From NCBI GenBank assembly GCA_938004865.1, contig CALKVT010000185.1:1-29195 (forward strand): a stretch of DNA of 29,195 bases, read 5' to 3'. Both the position numbers and the translations under genes were made by a program. This DNA is from an uncultured Myxococcales bacterium. Its GTDB lineage: Bacteria; Myxococcota_A; Polyangia; Haliangiales; Haliangiaceae. Below, in pieces: positions 23,187-29,195 of the stretch (position 1 is its first letter; each line of letters begins with the position of its first letter). Below the pieces are notes generated by a model that was not told where the DNA came from, did no database searches, and saw nothing but the letters and a program-made list of their open reading frames with translations.

Positions 23187-25316
23187 ATGGCCGAGGGCAT
23201 GAAGCGTCGTGACTTCTTTAGACTGACGGGGACCTTCTTCGCGGCGGCGAGCCTGGGCGGCGTGCCCGGGTGCGGCGGGGACGACGGCGACGGGGGCGAT
23301 CCCGACGCCGCGCCAACGGGGCTGGTGCTGTTCCCGCAAGGCGTCGCGTCGGGCGACCCACGTGAGTCGTCGGTCGTCCTCTGGACCCGCGCCGTGCGCG
23401 CGGCGGGCGGCGCCGAGGCGGTCGACCTGACGCTCGAGGTGGCGAGCGACGCCGGCTTCGCGACGATCGTCGCCATGCAGTCGGTGTCGGCGATGGCCGC
23501 GGTCGATCACACCGTGCGGGTCGTCGTGACCGGGCTCGCGGCGGACACGATCTACTACTACCGCTTCAAGAACGGCGGCGACGCGATCACGGGCCGCACG
23601 CGCACGGCGCCGGCCGCGGACGCGGACGTGCCGGTCCGCATGGCCTGGGCGAGCTGCCAGGACTACGGCGCCGGCCACTACGGCGCGTATCGCGTGATGA
23701 TCGCGGAGGACATGGCGCGGGCGGAGGCGGACCAGATCCGCTTCGTCCTGCACCTCGGCGACTTCATCTACGAGACCCGGGGCGGCGGCTTCCAGGTGCC
23801 GCTGGGAGACGACTTCCAGCCGATCACGTTGAACAACGCCGACGGCACGCCGCGCCTGGTCGGGCCGTTTCCCTCCGGCGGCGGCAACGCCGGCGGCGAG
23901 AACTTCGCCCAGACGGTCGATGACTTCCGGCACCTCTACAAGACCTTCGCTTCGGACCCCGACCTGATGGCGGCCCGCGCCCGGTGGCCGTTCATCCACA
24001 CGTGGGACGATCACGAGTTCTCGAACGACTGCTGGCAGAGCCAGAGCAACTTCACCAACGCCAACAGCACCGACGAGCCGTCGCAGCGCAAGAAGGTGGC
24101 CGCCAACCAGGCGTGGTTCGAGTACATGCCGGCGCAGCTGACCGGCGCGCCAGGCGTCGCGGGGGTCACCCAGCGCGCGGCGGATTTCGTCATGCCGGCC
24201 AATGTCACGGACGCGGCGTTCACGCCTGCCGACGACACCTCGAACTTCGTCGACGAGCCCAACAACGTCGCGGCCGTCGGGTCGATCACGATCTACCGGA
24301 GCTTCCGGTTCGGTCGGCACGTCGAGCTGGTCGTCACCGACGAGCGGAGCTACCGGAGCGATCACGCCATCCCGGAAGAGTTCGCCGAGATGAGCATCGA
24401 GTACCTCGACCACCGGAACGTGCTGCCGCGCGTCGATCTGGAGGTGATGGACGCGGGGCGGACGCACAACGGCAACAGTCCCCCGGCCACGGTGGGGCTC
24501 CAGGGGCTTCCGAATCCACGCGTGGGGAGTCCTCCGGGAACGATGCTGGGCGTCCAGCAGAAGCAGTGGTGGAAGGACACCATGCGTCTCTCGAACGCGA
24601 CCTGGAAGGTCTGGGGCAACCAGGTGCCGCTCATGCGCTTCCAGATCAAGCAGGGGCCGGTTGGCGGACTCATCGTCGACCGCATCATGAACGGCGACGC
24701 GTGGGACGGGTACGCGACGGAGCGCAACGAGCTCATGACGTACTTGCGCGACCAGAACGTCGACAATCTCCTCGTGCTCACCGGCGACATCCACGCCCAC
24801 TTCGCGGGCATCGTGAACGACAACTACACGGCGGCGAGCCCGATGCCGGTCGGGGTCGAGTTCTGCGCGGCGGGCATCGCGTCGAACTCGGTGTTCTCCT
24901 TCTTCGAGGATGCCTCGCGGGCGCCGGCCGCGCCGCCCGACGTCCGGGCCCTGGTCACGTTCGACGCGTCGGCCTCCGGCGGCTCGGCGTTCGTCGAGAA
25001 CATGAACCTCCTCCTCATCCACGGGACGGACGCCGCCGACACCATGCGGCGGACCAACGATCGGGCGATGGCGCTGGCGGCCTCCGATCCGACGGCGAAC
25101 CCGCACCTCAAGTACGCCGACACCAACGCCCAGGGCTTCGGCGTGGCGCTCGTGAGCGCGACGCAGGTCGAGACGGTCCTGACCACGATCTCGCGGCCGG
25201 TCACGATGGCGGCGTCGACGGTTCGCCGGACCGCGCGCTTCGTCGTGCCGGTCAATAACCCGGCGGGGATGACGGGCCCCGTGTTCACCGGGATGCCCCC
25301 GTTCCCGTTCACCTGA
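23187..25316 (+). CDS. phoD: PhoD-family alkaline phosphatase / phosphodiesterase, with a Tat signal and lipobox (alternative starts at 23151 and 23199)
   Basis: Twin-arginine signal MKRRDFFRLTGTFFAAASLGGVPGC. PhoD-like blocks GVASGDP, VLWTR, YYYRF, ASCQDY, HLGDFIYE, HTWDDHEF, WDGY and LTGDIH. Confidence 0.85.
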   Translation: MAEGMKRRDFFRLTGTFFAAASLGGVPGCGGDDGDGGDPDAAPTGLVLFPQGVASGDPRESSVVLWTRAVRAAGGAEAVDLTLEVASDAGFATIVAMQSVSAMAAVDHTVRVVVTGLAADTIYYYRFKNGGDAITGRTRTAPAADADVPVRMAWASCQDYGAGHYGAYRVMIAEDMARAEADQIRFVLHLGDFIYETRGGGFQVPLGDDFQPITLNNADGTPRLVGPFPSGGGNAGGENFAQTVDDFRHLYKTFASDPDLMAARARWPFIHTWDDHEFSNDCWQSQSNFTNANSTDEPSQRKKVAANQAWFEYMPAQLTGAPGVAGVTQRAADFVMPANVTDAAFTPADDTSNFVDEPNNVAAVGSITIYRSFRFGRHVELVVTDERSYRSDHAIPEEFAEMSIEYLDHRNVLPRVDLEVMDAGRTHNGNSPPATVGLQGLPNPRVGSPPGTMLGVQQKQWWKDTMRLSNATWKVWGNQVPLMRFQIKQGPVGGLIVDRIMNGDAWDGYATERNELMTYLRDQNVDNLLVLTGDIHAHFAGIVNDNYTAASPMPVGVEFCAAGIASNSVFSFFEDASRAPAAPPDVRALVTFDASASGGSAFVENMNLLLIHGTDAADTMRRTNDRAMALAASDPTANPHLKYADTNAQGFGVALVSATQVETVLTTISRPVTMAASTVRRTARFVVPVNNPAGMTGPVFTGMPPFPFT

Positions 25317-25365
25317 GCGGGCGGCGCGGCGCCGATGAACGGCGTCGGTTCGCGCCGAAAATGAA

Positions 25366-25391
25366 GAAGGCCGGTGTCGCCGCCGGCCTTC
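25366..25391. terminator. GC-rich hairpin between convergent genes; a rho-independent terminator for the minus-strand lipoprotein gene and possibly bidirectional
   Basis: GAAGGCCGGTG-tcgc-CGCCGGCCTTC forms an 11-bp stem with one G-T pair. On the minus strand it is followed by TTCATTTTC. The plus-strand side lacks a T-tract. Confidence 0.6.
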
Positions 25392-25410
25392 GTGCTTCCG
25401 GACTCCCGGC

Positions 25411-26733
25411 TCAGTTCTGCGGGATGTTGGTGAAGCCGACCTCGGCGTGACCACCCGCGATCAGCACCGTGTTCGGCGGACCCGACATGTTCGTCGCACC
25501 CGCCTGGTTCGAGCGGATGAACGACGTCTGGATGCGCGTGCCGCCGGACATCGCGCGCGTGAGGCGCGCCGAGTAGGCCGCGGGCACCGTGATGGTCGTC
25601 GCGCCGACCTCGATGCAGCGGATCTGGACGCGCTTGGTCACCGGCGGCGGGAACGAGAACGGCGACGGTAGGACCGTGGCGTCGGTCGTGATGATGTTGA
25701 GGATGCTGCCGAGCGACGTGCCACAGGCAGCCGCGTTGTCACAGCCGACGGTGAAGGCCGAGCCATCCGTCGGGATGGTCGTCGGAAGCACCTTCGCGAC
25801 ACCACCCACAGGCGCCGTGCCGAGCGTGAACGCATCGCCGATGCCATTCGCGCCGCTGAAGCCGAGGTTGGCGGGGAACGCCTCGAAGTTGGCGCTCGCC
25901 GCCTTCTGGAAGGTGATCATCTCGTTGTCCGCGAGGAAGCCCGAGGCCGGAGCGCCGGGGATCGGCCCGACACCGGCGAGGACGGTGTACGTGCCCGCAG
26001 TGGGCATCGCTGTCACTTCGACGCCAGCGAAGACGACGGCTGCGCCCATGCCCGCCGCGGGAACCATCACGATCGGCAGCGGTCCCGCGTTGTCCAGGAT
26101 GGCGTTGCCGGTGCCGCTGAAACGAATGTAGCGGCCGACGTCGAGCCCGTCGAACTTGTTCAGCGTGGTCGTGGCCATGGAGGTGAGGCTCGTGCCGGCG
26201 GACGCGATCGTCACGCCGTTGGCCGAGCCGCTGCTGGCGGTGTCGGGGCAGATGTAACCAACGCCCGCCTGGAAAACACACGGCGGGAAAGCGTTGCCTG
26301 CTTGCGCACAGGTGAACTGAGGGCCCGGGCCCGATCCGCAGACCTGGACGGGGCCCTGATCAGCACCGAAGCTGGCGACGAGCTGGGCCGGGGTGTACTC
26401 CCAGAGCTTGCAGCCGTCGGTCGGGTTGCCGGGCGACTCCTCCATGATCGGCTGCTGGGCCGATGCGAGGTCGGTGAACGAGATGCCGACCTGGATGCCG
26501 TGCCCGTCGACGCCGGCGCCGCCCTGATTGCGCAGGCGCACGTCGAACACGCTGATCGTGCCGGCGTGCGTGGCCGTCGGAGCGTCGATCGGAGGTGCGT
26601 CCGTCGGGGCGTCCGGGTTCGGGGCGTCGATCTGGATGGCGTCCGTGTCGTCGTCACCGCCGCCATTCGTAAGGTTGTCACCGCAGGCCGCTGCGCCGCC
26701 GAGGACGCAGACAAGCGAGACCAAGCGCTTCAT
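25411..26733 (-). CDS. lipoprotein, function unknown
   Basis: The ATG at 26733 is preceded by GGAGG. Lipobox MKRLVSLVCVLGGAAAC, then an Asp/Pro-rich linker with IDAP repeats and a Gly/Thr/Ala-rich, Cys-containing body. Confidence 0.8.
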   Translation of the reverse strand: MKRLVSLVCVLGGAAACGDNLTNGGGDDDTDAIQIDAPNPDAPTDAPPIDAPTATHAGTISVFDVRLRNQGGAGVDGHGIQVGISFTDLASAQQPIMEESPGNPTDGCKLWEYTPAQLVASFGADQGPVQVCGSGPGPQFTCAQAGNAFPPCVFQAGVGYICPDTASSGSANGVTIASAGTSLTSMATTTLNKFDGLDVGRYIRFSGTGNAILDNAGPLPIVMVPAAGMGAAVVFAGVEVTAMPTAGTYTVLAGVGPIPGAPASGFLADNEMITFQKAASANFEAFPANLGFSGANGIGDAFTLGTAPVGGVAKVLPTTIPTDGSAFTVGCDNAAACGTSLGSILNIITTDATVLPSPFSFPPPVTKRVQIRCIEVGATTITVPAAYSARLTRAMSGGTRIQTSFIRSNQAGATNMSGPPNTVLIAGGHAEVGFTNIPQN

Positions 26734-26897
26734 GATCAGTTCCTCCAGGGAGTACCGGGGTGTGCCGAGCCCAGATCCGGGACGGATACGGCCCCTAACC
26801 ATTCCTGAGGCCACTCTACGCCAGGTCGGGGGCGGATTGCCAAACCCGCGCCGGATAATGTGATCCCTGGCCCGTGGTGGGTGCCGGTGGGGGCGAC

Positions 26898-29195
26898 TCA
26901 GCGGGGGCGGCGGAGGACCAGCTGGTCGCGGCTCGTCAGGCGGTAGCCGCCCCGATCGTTGTCGGCGTCGAGGGAGAGCCCCGTGTCCTTGAGGAGCTGG
27001 CGGAGGCGCGAGACGTTGACGAACAGCGGGTTGTCGTGGCGGAGGGGGTCGTACTCCTGGCCCCAGGCGGCACGGGTCAGGTCGTCCTTGGACAGGGTCT
27101 CCGCCGGGCGCTCGGCCAGGGCGTAGAGGAGCTTGCGGAGGACGGGGCGGGTGGTGAGCGAGAGCACACGCGCACCGGCGACCACCTCGTGGCGCGCCGT
27201 GTCGATCACCACCGGCGGTGCCGCGCGGCCGGGCTCGACGTCGATCACGGCGAGGAGCGCGTCGAGGAGGTCGCTGTCGGCGGAGGCGAGGACGCGGGCG
27301 GCGGCCGTGCGCGCGCTCGTCCAGGCGCTGGCGTTGCCGGCGCGGCGCGCGACCAGGCCGCGCGCGAGGTGCGCGAGCGCGAGCTCGACGTGGTAGCCGT
27401 GGCGCTCCTCGGAGGGGTCGTCGCCGAGGGCGCGGGTGACGCCCGTGTCGTCGCCGCGGAGGGCCGCCGCGATCGCCTGGAACGCGCGCGTGCGCACCGA
27501 CGGCGACGGCGGGCCAGCCTCGTCGCGCACGGCCATCGCGAGCCGCGTCACCGGGTCGTCGTTGGCGGCGTTGTGCGCGGCGCGCGCGAGGACCGGCGCG
27601 CCCAGGGCGCGGGCGCGGTCGGCGACCGAGGCGAGGAGCGCGCGCGCCTCGACGCGGCGGCCGAGCACGTGGAGGATCCGGCCGGTGAACACCGACGTCC
27701 AGAGGACGCCGAGGACGTAGCCGGCCTCCTCGCTGCGCGCCGTGAGCGCGCGCAGGGCCTCGAGCGCCGCGAGGCGATCACCCGCCTCCCACTGGCGCAG
27801 GCCGCGCAGGGCCTCGGCGTGAATCTGCGAGAGCGGATCGACGTGGCCGGCGAGCGCCTGCTCCATGACCGACAGCGCGCGCGCGCTGTCGGCGGGCGTG
27901 GTCGCGACGTCGTAGGCGCCGAAGGCGAGGGCGCCGAGCGCCGCGGCGCGGTAGCCGTGCGCCGCCGGCGCGCGGTTGTCGGAGGTCGGCGCGCCGCGGC
28001 GCTCGCCGCCGACGGCGTAGCGATCCAGCCACGCGAAGTAGGTCGCCGTCGCCCACAGGAGCGCGCGGCCGGCGCCGTGGGCGGCGGTGGTGGCGGCGTT
28101 CATCTGCTCGAGCGCGGCGGCCGGCGCCTCGGTGTGGAAGCGGACGGCCGCGTCGAGGGCGGTGACGTTGGCCTTGCCCAGCGGCGCCAGGTTGGGGTCG
28201 GCGGCGGCGCGGGCCAGCGCCATGCGCGCGTCGGCGAAGCGGCCGGCGAGGAGCGCCAGCGTCGCCAGCGGCAGGAGCACGGCGCCCGACGGCGGGCGTG
28301 CGGCGAGGGCGTCGCGCAGGGCGCGCTCGCCGGCCTCGACGTCGACGAGGCGCACCAGCGCGCGCGCGTGGAGCGAGGCGACCTCGGGATCACGCAAGGA
28401 CGGCGGCAGCGCGCTGGCGATCGCGGCCAGCTCGCGCGACGCGCCCTGGTTGAGCAGGTCGTTCGCGCGCGCCACGAGGTGATCGCGCGCGTCGCGCGGG
28501 AGGCCGGCGTCCAGCCAGTGCTGCGCGACGGCGGTGATCGCCGCGACCGTCCGCTCGCCGGACAGGGCCGCCGCGAGCGCCGCCGCCAGCTCGGCGCGGG
28601 TCGCCGGCGAGAGCGTCGCCAGCGCCGCGTCGCGTACGAGCTCGTGGACGAGCGGGCGGCCCTCGCCGTCGAGGTCGACCAGGAGCGCGCGGCGCAGGTC
28701 GGTGAGCGCGGCGCGCGGGTCGGCGCCGCCGACGGCGGTGAGCGCCTCCGTCGGCAGCGGCACCCTGGCCAGCGCGATCGCGCCGAGGAGCCGCGCGCGA
28801 TCGGGCGCCAGCTGCGCCACCGCCGCGGCCAGCGGATCGGGGCCGCCGGGGTCGCCGGCGTGACGCCGCCGCAGGAGGAACGGGTTGCCGCCGGTCGCGT
28901 CGAACGCGCGCTGGAAGCCGCCGGTCGCGCCGCGCAGCTCGTCGAGCGCCGTCCACAGCTCGCGCGCCGCGCGCGCCGGCAGGCCGCCGAGGTGGATCTC
29001 GACGCGGTCGTAGCCCTGGGCCGAGGCCGGGCGCTCGCGCGACGTCGCGATGAGGCGCCCGCGGCCCAGGTGCGCGCCCAGCTCGCCCATGAGCCACGCC
29101 TGGTCCGCCGCGGAGAGCATGTGCAGGTCGTCGACCACCGCCATCGCCCCCGCCTGATCGAGCGCGCCGGCGAGCGCGACCGCGCGCTCCTCGTC
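26898..29195 (-). CDS. 5'-truncated large STAND/AAA-type regulator with helical (TPR-like) repeats and a C-terminal OmpR/PhoB-type winged-helix DNA-binding domain
   Basis: The frame is open to the window edge. VVDDLHML looks like Walker B. The middle is long and Ala/Leu-rich helical. The C-terminus LTTRPVLRKLLYALAERPAETLSKDDLTRAAWG...NVSRLRQLL...GGYRL matches the trans_reg_C pattern. Confidence 0.75.
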   Translation of the reverse strand, partial: DEERAVALAGALDQAGAMAVVDDLHMLSAADQAWLMGELGAHLGRGRLIATSRERPASAQGYDRVEIHLGGLPARAARELWTALDELRGATGGFQRAFDATGGNPFLLRRRHAGDPGGPDPLAAAVAQLAPDRARLLGAIALARVPLPTEALTAVGGADPRAALTDLRRALLVDLDGEGRPLVHELVRDAALATLSPATRAELAAALAAALSGERTVAAITAVAQHWLDAGLPRDARDHLVARANDLLNQGASRELAAIASALPPSLRDPEVASLHARALVRLVDVEAGERALRDALAARPPSGAVLLPLATLALLAGRFADARMALARAAADPNLAPLGKANVTALDAAVRFHTEAPAAALEQMNAATTAAHGAGRALLWATATYFAWLDRYAVGGERRGAPTSDNRAPAAHGYRAAALGALAFGAYDVATTPADSARALSVMEQALAGHVDPLSQIHAEALRGLRQWEAGDRLAALEALRALTARSEEAGYVLGVLWTSVFTGRILHVLGRRVEARALLASVADRARALGAPVLARAAHNAANDDPVTRLAMAVRDEAGPPSPSVRTRAFQAIAAALRGDDTGVTRALGDDPSEERHGYHVELALAHLARGLVARRAGNASAWTSARTAAARVLASADSDLLDALLAVIDVEPGRAAPPVVIDTARHEVVAGARVLSLTTRPVLRKLLYALAERPAETLSKDDLTRAAWGQEYDPLRHDNPLFVNVSRLRQLLKDTGLSLDADNDRGGYRLTSRDQLVLRRPR

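Noticed and set aside
22476-25454. 992-aa minus-strand ORF antisense to phoD
   Set aside because: Arg/Val/Asp/Gly-rich shadow ORF. The plus strand encodes a clear Tat-signal PhoD-family protein.

Overview
High-GC (about 70% or more) bacterial chromosomal segment. Its gene content looks Myxococcota-like: many secreted TPR proteins, a PEGA protein, a eukaryotic-like Ser/Thr kinase, lipoproteins and long shadow ORFs in every frame. All product calls come from motif recognition by eye, with no database search.

Layout:
- 1-4.1 kb: hypothetical, membrane and secreted proteins, including a tandem paralog pair.
- 4.1-5.8 kb: panC-panB.
- 5.9-9.4 kb: three paralogous secreted TPR-like genes with overlapping stop/start codons.
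- 9.5-11.7 kb: a TPR/MshEN-like protein and a Ser/Thr kinase.
- 11.75-16.2 kb, all on the minus strand and tightly packed: PTH2-like hydrolase, then a 105-aa protein, then a non-canonical tRNA-like gene with a 9-nt anticodon loop, then an SNF2 helicase, then a SWIM zinc-finger protein.
- 16.4-23.1 kb, plus strand: a very large DUF4157 (HExxH) toxin-like protein whose reading frame breaks near 19.2 kb. It is followed by three tightly coupled small or unknown genes, including a pseudokinase, in a lower-GC patch.
- 23.2-29.2 kb: Tat-lipoprotein PhoD, a lipoprotein, and a 5'-truncated STAND-type regulator with a C-terminal OmpR-type winged helix.

Non-genic signal: a 15-bp dyad motif, CGGTGGCTGACACCG, occurs 8 times, exact or near-exact, in the left 9.5 kb. 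The copies cluster in two divergent promoter regions.

Most interesting candidates:
1. The PTH2-like / non-canonical tRNA module fused to SNF2/SWIM.
2. The frame-disrupted DUF4157 toxin-like locus with its low-GC accessory cassette.
3. The repeated dyad motif.

No rRNA, CRISPR array, transposase or integrase was seen.
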